Assembly: GCA_963719315.1 (NCBI GenBank)
Contig: CAVRBU010000018.1
Location: forward strand, 32,001 to 96,000
Source: an uncultured Planctomycetota bacterium
GTDB taxonomy: Bacteria > Planctomycetota > Planctomycetia > Pirellulales > Lacipirellulaceae
Reading direction: 5' to 3'
DNA length: 64,000 nt
The notes under the pieces are model-generated. The model searched no databases and had not been told where the DNA came from. It worked only from the letters and a program-made list of their open reading frames with translations. The position numbers and the translations under genes were made by a program. This document shows, piece by piece, positions 42,166-51,400 of this stretch; the stretch's first letter is position 1, and every line of letters starts with the position of its first letter.

Positions 42166-43668
42166 ATGTCCTCTGATTCCTCGGAAATTGAACCAACTCA
42201 ACCGGTTGCTGAAGCGGAGGCGGCCAAGCCCGAGCGACCCGTTCAGCGATTTCTCATCGGATCGCAGCGCGGCGGCGACTCGATGACCAATGTCAAAGCC
42301 AAACCGGTAACGCCGGCCGCGCCGCTGGCAAATCCACCCGATGAATCGACGGACGCTGAATCGCCAGTCAAACCGGCGTCTTCCAGGCCAGCGGCCAGGC
42401 GGGAACCGACGCACTATCCGCCGCCGAATATCCGCGACCAACTCTCGCCCGAGATGGAGCAAGAGTATTTGGCCGCCCTGGGCGATTTGTCGCTCGATGC
42501 GTTGATGAGCACTGAGATAGCAGCGAGTAGCGAGGCGGAGCTCGCGCCGGAGTCGCGCGTCACCGGCCGCGTCGCCAAAGTTCATCGCGACAACATTTTC
42601 ATCGACTTGAGCGTACACACGCAGGGCGTTGTGCCGCTACGGCAGTTCGAAGATGCGGAGCCCAAGCCGGGCGACGAGTTGGAACTGGTCGTGGTGCGAT
42701 TCGTTGCCGACGAAGGCCTCTACGAACTTTCGCGCCCCACGGCGGCGGTGAACGTCGGCAATTGGGATGAAGTCAGCGAGGGCCAGGTTATCGAGGTCAC
42801 TATTACGGGTGCTAACAAGGGCGGGCTGGAGTGCCAAGTCGCCAGCATCCGCGGCTTCATTCCGATGGGCCAGGTTTCGATCTATCGCGTGGAGAATCCC
42901 GAGGAGCTCGTCGGCCAGCGGCTGGCGTGCGTCGTCACCGAAGCGAACCGCGATCGCCAAAACCTTGTGCTTAGCCACCGGGCCGTGATGGAACGTGAGC
43001 GAAACGAGCAGCGCGACAAAATCATGGCCGAGCTAGCACCCGGACAGCTTCGCGAAGGCATCGTGCGGAGCCTGAAGGATTTCGGCGCGTTCGTCGATTT
43101 GGGCGGCGTCGATGGCCTGATCCACATCAGCCAGCTCAGTTGGGACCGCGTGAAGCATCCCAGCGAGGTGCTCGAGGTTGGACAAAAGGTAAAAGTTCGC
43201 ATCGAGAAGTTCGACAAGGAAACGGGCAAAGTCAGTCTCTCTTACCGCGAGGTAGGGGCAAACCCGTGGCAGAACGTAGAGTCGAAGTATCCTGTCGGTG
43301 CGCGGGCGAAGGGCACGGTCTCGCGGCTGATGGACTTTGGCGCTTTTGTAAAACTCGAGCCGGGCGTCGAAGGGCTGATTCATATTTCAGAGCTGGGGCA
43401 TGGCCGCGTGTTCCGGACACGGGACGTCCTGAGCGAAGGGCAGGAGGTCGAAGTCAAAGTTCTATCTGTGGATGAAGAGCAGCAACGGATCAGCCTGTCG
43501 CTCAAGGCGCTAATGGCCGCACCGGTGAAACCTGGCCAGCAAACAGTCGCCGACGAAGACCTGCCGCTGCCGGCCGATGCGCCGAAACCGCCGCGGAAGA
43601 GTCATCGAGAACTGAAGGGCGGCACCGGCGGCCCTTCGGGGGGCGCGAAGTTCGGGCTCAAGTGGTAG
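42166..43668 (+). CDS. rpsA: Ribosomal protein S1-like protein (four S1 domains, N-terminal extension)
   Basis: NKGGL..RGFIPMGQ, DFGAFVDLGGVDGLIHISQLSW, DFGAFVKLEPGVEGLIHISEL; may be a paralog of the main S1. Confidence 0.75.
   Translation: MSSDSSEIEPTQPVAEAEAAKPERPVQRFLIGSQRGGDSMTNVKAKPVTPAAPLANPPDESTDAESPVKPASSRPAARREPTHYPPPNIRDQLSPEMEQEYLAALGDLSLDALMSTEIAASSEAELAPESRVTGRVAKVHRDNIFIDLSVHTQGVVPLRQFEDAEPKPGDELELVVVRFVADEGLYELSRPTAAVNVGNWDEVSEGQVIEVTITGANKGGLECQVASIRGFIPMGQVSIYRVENPEELVGQRLACVVTEANRDRQNLVLSHRAVMERERNEQRDKIMAELAPGQLREGIVRSLKDFGAFVDLGGVDGLIHISQLSWDRVKHPSEVLEVGQKVKVRIEKFDKETGKVSLSYREVGANPWQNVESKYPVGARAKGTVSRLMDFGAFVKLEPGVEGLIHISELGHGRVFRTRDVLSEGQEVEVKVLSVDEEQQRISLSLKALMAAPVKPGQQTVADEDLPLPADAPKPPRKSHRELKGGTGGPSGGAKFGLKW
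43564..43661 (+). repeat. 98-bp direct repeat, copy 1 (3' end of rpsA-like gene)
   Basis: Identical to 44928-45025. Confidence 0.95.
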
Positions 43669-43686
43669 ACGCAGCCTGCGTAGCGC

Positions 43687-43723
43687 AAAAAATTAGCCTC
43701 GGAGTAACCCCGAGGCTAATTTT
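43687..43723. terminator. Bidirectional intrinsic terminator
   Basis: aaaattagcctcgg agtaacc ccgaggctaatttt. Confidence 0.85.
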
Positions 43724-43739
43724 GAATGTGAGCTGTGTG

Positions 43740-44426
43740 CTATCGCCGCCGCAAGAACATTGGCGTAGCCGATAGGCACAAGATCATTAGAACCATCGCC
43801 GGCTCCGGAACCTGGCTCGCCGTGATTTCTTTCGTGGCGTCGGCAAAGAACGAATTCAAAAGTCCACCGCCGCTAACCGTCAATCCAGGTCCACCACTAC
43901 TTTGGATATTCGTCAGCGTCATCGACATTCCGATCGAATTTCCAACTAGCTGTGAAGTGATTGCTGGTGATCCACCCATCACGGTGCCGTTCGTAATGTT
44001 AAAAAACGCACCGTTGCCGCCGCCGACCAACAGGCTGGTGCTCAGATTGACATCCAAGAGCAGCTTGTTGCCGCTGTCGTACAATTTGAAATTGCCTCCA
44101 GAATAATTCTGTGCCACGACCCCTCCGCCTAACGGGTTCGGAGCGCCCGTCGCAGTCGCACCCATCAGTGAATACGAACCCGTTGTGGAACCCATGCCGC
44201 TGAGAAAACTGGTGAACAAGATATTCGTAGCTTGATCGCCAACTAAGCCAGCCGGGTTGTCGTCGATCGTGCCAAGGAGTCCAGGACTTGCGGGCGGTGA
44301 GAACGTCAAGTCTGGGCCAACGCCGCCCAGATCGAGTTTGATAATCGTCGCTGCTTGAGAACTGCAGACCGACAGAACAAGCGCAAGCGTAGCGCACGCG
44401 AAAACCTTCAATGGAGATCTCATCAT
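43740..44426 (-). CDS. PEP-CTERM sorting-domain protein A
   Basis: Signal peptide; Gly/Ser/Thr-rich body; C-terminal VPEPA + TM + RRR. Confidence 0.9.
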   Translation of the reverse strand: MMRSPLKVFACATLALVLSVCSSQAATIIKLDLGGVGPDLTFSPPASPGLLGTIDDNPAGLVGDQATNILFTSFLSGMGSTTGSYSLMGATATGAPNPLGGGVVAQNYSGGNFKLYDSGNKLLLDVNLSTSLLVGGGNGAFFNITNGTVMGGSPAITSQLVGNSIGMSMTLTNIQSSGGPGLTVSGGGLLNSFFADATKEITASQVPEPAMVLMILCLSATPMFLRRR

Positions 44427-44666
44427 TAGCACCTGTTTATTTTTTCACGTTCAAATACTGCCAAAAATTCCCTGGCAATACACTCGAAGTCAATCAAAGC
44501 TGGCTTTTGATTAGTGCAACTATCGCAAGTGGACAGGGCTAGCCCCCCAAAAAAGTAGATACCCACACGACTCCATTTGTACGGTGGCGCAACCCGACAT
44601 GCAACAATTGTCTAAAAAATATTTTTAAAACCTTGGGAGATGGTTTCTTCGCGACCACCACAGCCG

Positions 44667-44696
44667 TTGGCGGCTTTCGCGTCTCCCGCTTATACT
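44667..44696 (+). promoter_or_regulatory. Duplicated copy of putative thrS sigma70-like promoter
   Basis: TTGGCG-N18-TATACT, homologous to 46019-46048. Confidence 0.55.
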
Positions 44697-44791
44697 TCCG
44701 CCATGCTTGTGCGCGAACCTTGATTCGGGCGACGTCCTCCGAATGGTTGGCTCTGCCGTAACTCCATAGCACTAAAAGTCTTTAGTCGCCC

Positions 44792-44938
44792 ATGCTTGCC
44801 GTAATCCTGCCCGATGGCAGTCGGAAACAATCTGAGTGACTCATCTAGACTTAGGCGTGGCTCCGGACATTGGACCGAAGCCACCTTTCTGGAAAAGGTC
44901 GATAGCATACTGATCGACCTCCATAGTCCGCTGCCGGC
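44792..44938 (+). pseudogene. Degenerate 5' fragment of thrS
   Basis: [15 protein letters not shown] versus Thr[19 protein letters not shown] similarity continues to the CTGCCGGC junction. Confidence 0.85.
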
Positions 44939-45025
44939 CGATGCGCCGAAACCGCCGCGGAAGAGTCATCGAGAACTGAAGGGCGGCACCGGCGGCCCTT
45001 CGGGGGGCGCGAAGTTCGGGCTCAA
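44928..45025 (+). repeat. 98-bp direct repeat, copy 2 (orphan rpsA-like 3' end)
   Basis: Identical to 43564-43661. Confidence 0.95.
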
Positions 45026-45059
45026 TTGGTGATTGGCCAAACGACGCGGGCACGGCAAT

Positions 45060-45089
45060 AAAAAAGCCCCGGGCGATCCGCCCGGGGCT
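45060..45089 (-). terminator. Intrinsic terminator for PEP-CTERM gene B
   Basis: aaaaaagccccgggcg atc cgcccggggct. Confidence 0.8.
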
Positions 45090-45122
45090 AAGATGGCTCA
45101 TTCTAGTTGATTGAACCGGCGA

Positions 45123-45795
45123 TCAACCACGACGGCGATTCAATACCACGCCTACGAAGGCCATACCGACTAGCATCAGAGTGGCCGGCTCAGGAACGGC
45201 GGTCGGAATCTGACGCAGCGTAAAAGTTCCATTACGACCACTCAAGTCCGGCACATCGATCCGAACGAAATAAGGCTGCGCCGGATCCATGGAGACCGCC
45301 AGAGAACACCAATTGGTCCTCGTCCGGGGTACCTACACTCGGGAAAGGCGCTGCGGTCGGCGGTGTGTCGTAGTCTGGAAAGTCGAAGTCTAAACCGTCA
45401 TTGAGAGGCGAAAGCACGAATGCAGCGCCAGTGCCAAAGCCCAACTGCATAGTGTAGCTGCTCCAAGGCGAGGCCGTATTATTATCAACGAACTCGGAAA
45501 CCTGGTACTCGGTAACGCCGTCGCTCGGCGCTACTGAAAACTCAATATCAATATAATTCAAAGAATCGAACCGCTTCAGCGGAACGGTAATGTTGTTGTC
45601 CAGTTTCTGTGGGTCCGGCACATTGTCGTTGTTCGGTTGAACAGTTACCACTACCGGCACAGAAGCGAAGCCCAACCCTGGGCCGCTCGCGACCGGCGCC
45701 GGTGTAGCCAGGATTGTCCCAGCAGAAGCTGTTGAACTTAGAAGTGCAGCCATAGCGGCCGCAACGATAAATTCCATTCCAAGTTTCTTCGTCAT
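45123..45795 (-). CDS. PEP-CTERM sorting-domain protein B; frameshift near 45277
   Basis: Signal peptide; NNTASPWSSYTMQLGFGTG..DGLDFD; other frame gives RQIPTAVPEPATLMLVGMAFVGVVLNRRRG*. Confidence 0.85.
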
Positions 45796-46018
45796 TAGTT
45801 CAACCCAATTACTTTCGGCCAGTGCCCCTGGCAAACAAGTTGCAAATCCACGCCAGTCTTCTGATCCACCCTGCTACAAGTGAAGTCCACGCACCACTAC
45901 GCGGGTGGAGCCCGACCGCTATGTTATATAGCCTGGTAGACCCAATTACAAGCATTGTTTAAGAAAAAACCGAAAATTCTCTCCGGGGGTCGGCCTGCCT
46001 CAAATGCTGGACGAGCCG

Positions 46019-46048
46019 TTGGCGGATTTCTCGCTTCCCGCCTATACT
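46019..46048 (+). promoter_or_regulatory. Putative sigma70-like promoter of thrS
   Basis: TTGGCG-N18-TATACT, conserved in the duplicated copy. Confidence 0.55.
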
Positions 46049-46182
46049 TAGCGGCCGATTTCGCTCTGAACCCAGCCGACGAGGGCCGTGACTTGTATCG
46101 CGGGCCGGATCGATGTTTTCCTAACTTATCATCTCCCAGAGCTAGAATTAGCCCTCTTTGCCTCTAAGTCGTTGTCTGTTCT

Positions 46183-48192
46183 ATGCTTACCGTAATCCTG
46201 CCCGACGGAAGTCGGAAACCATTTGAGCGGCCCGTCTCGACATACGACGTGGCCCTGGCCATTGGGCCGCGGCTTGCCAAGGCTACCATTCTGGCGGAAG
46301 TCGACGGCAAGCAGGTCGATTTGCACAGCCAACTGCCGGCGGACGGCGAGGTCCACCTGCGACTATTGACGAAAAAGGACGCCGAATCGCTGGCCGTCAT
46401 GCGGCATAGTTGTGCCCATGTGATGGCCCAGGCGGTAATGCGACTGTTTGAAGGCGTGCAGCTGGCGTTCGGGCCCACCACGGGCAACGGCTTTTACTAT
46501 GATTTTCAATTGTCGCACCCGCTCTCCGAGGAAGACTTTCCGCGGATCGAAGCGGAGATGCAGAAAATCGTGAAGGCCGACGAACGATTCGAGCGGCTTG
46601 AAATGCGGCGCGACGAAGCCATCGGCCTGTGCCGCGAACTCAAGCAGGAGTTCAAAGTCGAACACATCGAAACCGGGTTGGCAGGCGAGAGGTCACTGTC
46701 GTTCTACCGGCAAGGCGAGTTCATCGACCTGTGCCGCGGCAAACACATCCCGAGCACTGGCCACATCGGCAGCGCATTCAAACTCCTGTCGGTTGCCGGC
46801 GCGTATTGGAAAGGCGATGCCGATCGCGAGCAGTTGCAACGCCTGTACGCGACCGCGTTTTTTGACCAGCCGGAACTCGACGCGCACTTGGAACAACTCG
46901 CCGAGGCCAAGCGGCGCGATCACCGCGTCTTGGGCAAGCAGTTGGAGTTGTTCACCGTCAACCAGATGGTCGGCTCCGGTCTCATCTTGTGGCTGCCGAA
47001 GGGCGCCATCATTCGGCAAACGCTCGAAGACTATATCAAGGGCGAACTTCGCAAACGCGGCTACGAGGCTGTGTATACACCGAACATCGGCCGCGTTGAG
47101 CTGTACGAAACTTCGGGCCACTATCCTTACTACAGCGACAGCCAGTTCCCCCCGATTGAAATGAAAGACGGCGAGCGTTATTTGCTCAAGCCGATGAACT
47201 GCCCGCACCATGTAATGATCTACCAGGCGAAGCCGCGGAGCTATCGCGATCTGCCGGTGCGACTGGCCGAGTTCGGCACCGTGTATCGGTTCGAGCAGTC
47301 GGGCGAGCTGTCGGGCATGACCCGCGTTCGCGGCTTCACGCAGGATGATGCACACATTTTCTGCACCAACGAACAGGTTGCCGGCGAGTTTCGCAACGCC
47401 ATCGAAATGACACAAACCGTCCTGTCCGCGTTGGGAATGAGCGAATATCGGGTGCGGCTGGGTTTCCGCGATCCGAAGAGCGACAAGTACGTGGGCGCGA
47501 TCGAAACTTGGGACCGGGCCGAGGCGGCGATCAAGTCGGTATGCGAGTCGATGAATTTTCCCCATCTGTCGATCGAGCCTGGAGAAGCGGCGTTTTACGG
47601 GCCCAAGGCCGATTTCGTCGTCACCGATTGCATTGGTCGCGAATGGCAACTGGGCACCGTGCAACTGGATTACAACTTGCCGGGCAAGGAGCGGTTCGGG
47701 CTGGAATACATTGGGGCCGATAATCAGCCACACCAGCCGGCAATGATCCATCGGGCGCCGCTCGGTTCGTTGGAGCGGTTCGTTGGCGTGTTGATCGAGC
47801 ATTTTGCGGGTGCCTTTCCGTTGTGGCTCGCGCCGGAGCAGGTCCGAGTGCTCACGGTGAGCGAGAAGTCGGACGCCTACGGCCGCGAAATCGAAAAACT
47901 GCTCGCCGACGCCGGTCTTCGCGTCAGCGGCGACTATCGCGGCGCGAAGCTCAACGCCAAAGTCCGCGACGCCCAGGTGCAACTTATTCCGTACATGTTC
48001 GTCGTCGGCGAGCGCGATCGCGATGCCCGTTCTGTCGCGGTTCGCGACCGGCTCGAAGGTGATTTGGGCTCGATCCCGCTCGACGCCGCGATTGCCAAAC
48101 TCCGCGACGAAATCGCCGCCAAAACCGTCCGCCAAGTTGCGACCCGCCAGCCGGCTGCCGTGACCGACCGCGAAAACCAAAATGAGTATTAG
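46183..48192 (+). CDS. thrS: Threonine--tRNA ligase
   Basis: TGS domain, [54 protein letters not shown]. Confidence 0.98.
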   Translation: MLTVILPDGSRKPFERPVSTYDVALAIGPRLAKATILAEVDGKQVDLHSQLPADGEVHLRLLTKKDAESLAVMRHSCAHVMAQAVMRLFEGVQLAFGPTTGNGFYYDFQLSHPLSEEDFPRIEAEMQKIVKADERFERLEMRRDEAIGLCRELKQEFKVEHIETGLAGERSLSFYRQGEFIDLCRGKHIPSTGHIGSAFKLLSVAGAYWKGDADREQLQRLYATAFFDQPELDAHLEQLAEAKRRDHRVLGKQLELFTVNQMVGSGLILWLPKGAIIRQTLEDYIKGELRKRGYEAVYTPNIGRVELYETSGHYPYYSDSQFPPIEMKDGERYLLKPMNCPHHVMIYQAKPRSYRDLPVRLAEFGTVYRFEQSGELSGMTRVRGFTQDDAHIFCTNEQVAGEFRNAIEMTQTVLSALGMSEYRVRLGFRDPKSDKYVGAIETWDRAEAAIKSVCESMNFPHLSIEPGEAAFYGPKADFVVTDCIGREWQLGTVQLDYNLPGKERFGLEYIGADNQPHQPAMIHRAPLGSLERFVGVLIEHFAGAFPLWLAPEQVRVLTVSEKSDAYGREIEKLLADAGLRVSGDYRGAKLNAKVRDAQVQLIPYMFVVGERDRDARSVAVRDRLEGDLGSIPLDAAIAKLRDEIAAKTVRQVATRQPAAVTDRENQNEY

Positions 48193-48242
48193 TTTAGATA
48201 AGTCAGGCATTTCGATAATCTCTTAACAAGGCATTGGTCATT

Positions 48243-48306
48243 GAACGGGGGGAAACAGAGGGAACGGAGGCCAACGATTCTCCACTCCCTCTGTTTCCGC
48301 CTGTCA
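48243..48306. repeat. 9-mer-repeat hairpin (AACAGAGGG-like)
   Basis: gaacggggggaaacagagggaacggag ... ctccactccctctgtttccgcctgtc. Confidence 0.65.
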
Positions 48307-48493
48307 AAGCGAGGTTTGAATCTGGGTAGACCGAATTGTGCTAGTAATTGTGGCCCAACGGTATTTCCAGTCTGGCGTTGTATTTGCGTTCGTACTGGTA
48401 GGAAGTAGTGCTTTGCTGTGTGATAATCGCGGCGTATAGTTGACGAATGCCACCGGCGCAGACAAGATTTTGATGTTGGAATGCTTGTTTGCT

Positions 48494-48578
48494 GTCCGTA
48501 GTCCGTAGTCCGTAGTCCGTTGTCCGTCGCAATGGCCTTGGATACCTTTCTGCCACGATCAACGGACAACTGACAACG
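48494..48578. repeat. Heptamer-repeat hairpin (GTCCGTA)n / (AACGGAC)n upstream of infC
   Basis: gtccgta x3 gtccgtt gtccgt ... aacggacaactgacaacg. Confidence 0.8.
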
Positions 48579-48606
48579 ATCCATTCACCCAATAGGAGAC
48601 TTTGCC

Positions 48607-49116
48607 ATCGCTCTCGCTCAAAAAGGCCAGCGGATCAACGAGCAGATCCGCGTCTCGCCCGTTCGCGTCATCGCTCAGGACGGCGCCCTGCTGGGCGTCA
48701 TCGAAACCGTGGAAGCTCTGCAACGGGCCCGTGAAGTCGGCATGGATCTAGTGGAGGTCGCTCCGCAGGAGAAGCCGCCCGTTTGCCGCATCATGGACTA
48801 CGGCAAATTCAAGTACCAGCAAAAGAAGCGGCAACACAAAGGCCACGCGCACCACGGCAAGAACAAAGAGCTCCGCCTCCGCCCGAAAATCGGCGACCAC
48901 GACCTGATGACCAAGGTCAACCGGGCCAAAGAATTCCTGGCCGATAAAGACAAGGTCGTCTTCTCCGTCATCTTCCGCGGCCGCGAAAACGCGCACGTGG
49001 ACGAAGGCTTCAAGCTCGTGCAGCGTCTCACCAAGGAGCTGGAATCGTGCGCCAAGCTCGAGCAGAATCCGCAAATGCAAGGCCGGCGAATCGTGGTGAT
49101 CTTTGCGCCGAAGTAG
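48607..49116 (+). CDS. infC: Translation initiation factor IF-3, probable ATC start
   Basis: RINEQIR..VRVI upstream of the called GTG; DLVEVAP..PPVCRIMDYGKFKY; FRGRE; AGGAG 8 nt before in-frame ATC. Confidence 0.95.
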   Translation: MALAQKGQRINEQIRVSPVRVIAQDGALLGVIETVEALQRAREVGMDLVEVAPQEKPPVCRIMDYGKFKYQQKKRQHKGHAHHGKNKELRLRPKIGDHDLMTKVNRAKEFLADKDKVVFSVIFRGRENAHVDEGFKLVQRLTKELESCAKLEQNPQMQGRRIVVIFAPK

Positions 49117-49265
49117 TACTCATTCTCTATTAAAGTAGCTTTCGCAATGACTAGAGTGCAAACCTTTGGTCGACATGTTGCGCCGGTCTTAGGAATTTCT
49201 TTCTATTAATTCTTTCTGATATCAAGTTAGGCCTTTACCGCACGCACTCACAATGCCCGCGTACC

Positions 49266-49856
49266 ATGCTCGAAGGAATGCGAACCATTCTTGCCAAGCG
49301 CCTTCTTCGCCAACTCATCGAAATGGCGGTGCAGGCACTCTATTCCGAAGAGTTCGACTTGGAGCCGCTGATCGTCCGGATGTGTCGCAACCAATCGGAT
49401 GTCGCCTAGGCTGCGGCACGACTGACCCACCCGCTAGCCGACGCTGATGTTGATCGTGCCTTCGCAATGTTCCATCTTTCCGAGGCTCGCTTTGACTCGC
49501 CGAACTTCCGAAACATCGTCGAAGTGCATCGCGAGCTGGCTGAGCATTACTGGACATCTCAGCATCTTGCGATTCTGCGCGGAGCACTCGCCCACAAGCA
49601 GAATGAGTATTCCTACGAGGGAACAGTCTACATATTACAACGCGACAACAAAGGACCGGCCACGCCTGAGCAACGCGCCAAATACGAACCTATTTGCAAG
49701 CAGATGGCCGACCTCAACCGCCAAATAGAAGATGCAGAACTCGCCGCATGGAAGAAGCAGGACGAGGCCGAGTATCAGCGATATAAGGAGGATTTAGAGA
49801 CGCGCGCAGCTCAGCGCCGAGATCGATGCAAACGAAGAGGAGATTATTCGACTTGA
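49266..49856 (+). pseudogene. Hypothetical gene interrupted by in-frame TAG at 49407 (or a 129-aa gene from 49467)
   Basis: ATG 49266 and ATG 49467 share a frame with a single TAG between them; lower-GC insert between infC and rpmI. Confidence 0.4.
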
Positions 49857-50324
49857 GAGCGCAGAAGTGCTTTCAATGCTCGAAACGAAACTAAACGCCC
49901 TTTTAAACGATGACGAAGCAACTGCCTAACCTGCGTACAGCGCCGCGCTCGTGTATGACGCCGTCCTGCGTGACGACAGGCGGTAACAGTGCGACCCGAT
50001 GGCCTGTATGGTGAAGGGTAGGGGGTGTATTGATTTAATACAGGGGCGAGCCGAATCGGTTCGTAGCGAGGTGTTTCGAGCGAGTGGCAGGATTGCGACC
50101 AGGAGATACACGAAAGTCCGATACGTTCTAACGTTTCGCTGAATCGTCCGAAAACCACGAAAGAATTTTAAGTACGTGTTCAGTGGTCGTCGTCCCTTTG
50201 GCTACAAAATAGCCTATTTCTCAGGCCCGCAATCTGTGGCAGCACTCTTCCCGCGTCGCACCGAAATCGCTACATTGATGGATTCCACCAAAACGCCCAT
50301 TACGATCGGTTTGGATTCACGGCC

Positions 50325-50528
50325 ATGCCCAAGCAAAAGACTCACAAAGGTACGAAGAAGCGGTTTCGGCTGACGGCCAAAGGCAAAGTGAAGCATCGGC
50401 CGGCCGGAACAAGTCACTTGGCTACGCGCAAGGACCAGAAGCGGATTCGCAAGCTTCGCGGCACCGACACGCTCGCGCCGGGCATGATCAAAGCCGTGAA
50501 ACGTGCGCTGGCAGGGAATAGCTATTAG
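50325..50528 (+). CDS. rpmI: 50S ribosomal protein L35
   Basis: [24 protein letters not shown]. Confidence 0.97.
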   Translation: MPKQKTHKGTKKRFRLTAKGKVKHRPAGTSHLATRKDQKRIRKLRGTDTLAPGMIKAVKRALAGNSY

Positions 50529-50541
50529 GAAATAGCTATTA

Positions 50542-50623
50542 GTAGGTCCCTTCTGCCGGAAGGGAACTTTCCGATCGCAGGCCGTTAACCTGATTCAGGT
50601 TCCGCTCGGCAAGCGGAACCTAC
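50542..50623. repeat. GTAG-type REP heterodimer, copy 1
   Basis: gtaggtcccttctgccggaagggaact ... aggttccgctcggcaagcggaacctac. Confidence 0.85.
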
Positions 50624-50722
50624 TAGACCACAAATCACGACAAGCCCGCCGGGCACGAGTAACTCCCGCTGCGTTTACGCCGCGGGGGCCTGGGCGCGCA
50701 ATAATTACGAAGGGTTCCTTCA

Positions 50723-51076
50723 ATGCGAACCACCAACGCGGTACCGCGTAAACGCCGCAAGAATCGGCTTTTCCAGAAGACCAAAGGCTACGTCGGCGGC
50801 CGTCGCCGCTTGCTTCGCACGGCCAAAGAAAACATCGTGCGGGCCGAGGCGTTTGCCTTCCGCGACCGCCGGGCACGCAAGCGAGAGTTCCGCAAGCTGT
50901 GGATTATCCGCATCAACGCGGCCTGCCGCGAACGGGGCATGCGGTACAGCGAGTTCATCAACGGCCTGATTAAGTCCAACATCGAACTCGATCGCAAGAC
51001 GCTCTCGGAGATCGCCATATTCGATCCGGCGGCGTTTGACGCGATCGTCGCCCAAGCGAAGGCCGCGATTGCATAG
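50723..51076 (+). CDS. rplT: 50S ribosomal protein L20
   Basis: RDRRARKREFRKLWIIRINAA, YSEFINGL, LDRKTLSEIA. Confidence 0.97.
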   Translation: MRTTNAVPRKRRKNRLFQKTKGYVGGRRRLLRTAKENIVRAEAFAFRDRRARKREFRKLWIIRINAACRERGMRYSEFINGLIKSNIELDRKTLSEIAIFDPAAFDAIVAQAKAAIA

Positions 51077-51254
51077 CGGCGCAACGTTGATACCCCATAA
51101 AGCCGCGACCGCTGGTCGCGGATTGTGCGCCCAATCGCGGCATGCGCGTAATTGTGCGACGGTTCGCGCCAGATGTACCAGCCGCAACGCGGCGAAAGCC
51201 CATGGCCGGGCGGCGTAAGCCCCCGGATTGCCGGGTCGTCGCCGCCACACAGCG

Positions 51255-51346
51255 CTGTCGCCCCTTTGGGACTTCAATGGTAGATTGGGTCGCGTTTCCA
51301 GGGGGCTGACGCCCCCTGGCTATTAACTTGGGCCCCGTTGGGGCCG
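51255..51346. repeat. GCCCC..GGGGC palindrome cluster (REP-like)
   Basis: gtcgcccctttgggac; ccagggggctgacgccccctgg; ggccccgttggggcc. Confidence 0.55.
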
Positions 51347-51400
51347 ACGCATCGCGCGTCTTTTTTTTGATCGCGACTCCAACGCCAGTTCCGCAACGCC

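Noticed and set aside
43564..45025. 98-bp direct repeats as prophage/ICE att sites
   Set aside because: Only 1.3 kb lies between them, with no integrase, and the thrS remnant indicates a duplication-type event
44814..45032. 72-aa ORF ending in the S1 tail as a real gene
   Set aside because: It is a chimera of the decayed thrS remnant and the duplicated rpsA tail, with no clear SD
45840..46182. T-box or tRNA-like leader upstream of thrS (also checked upstream of pheS)
   Set aside because: No T-box consensus or cloverleaf recognised by eye; a covariance-model search would be needed
46693..48210. 505-aa minus-strand ORF
   Set aside because: Antisense shadow of thrS
48494..48578. Short tandem repeats as a CRISPR array
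   Set aside because: Units are 7 bp with no unique spacers, and no cas genes are in the window
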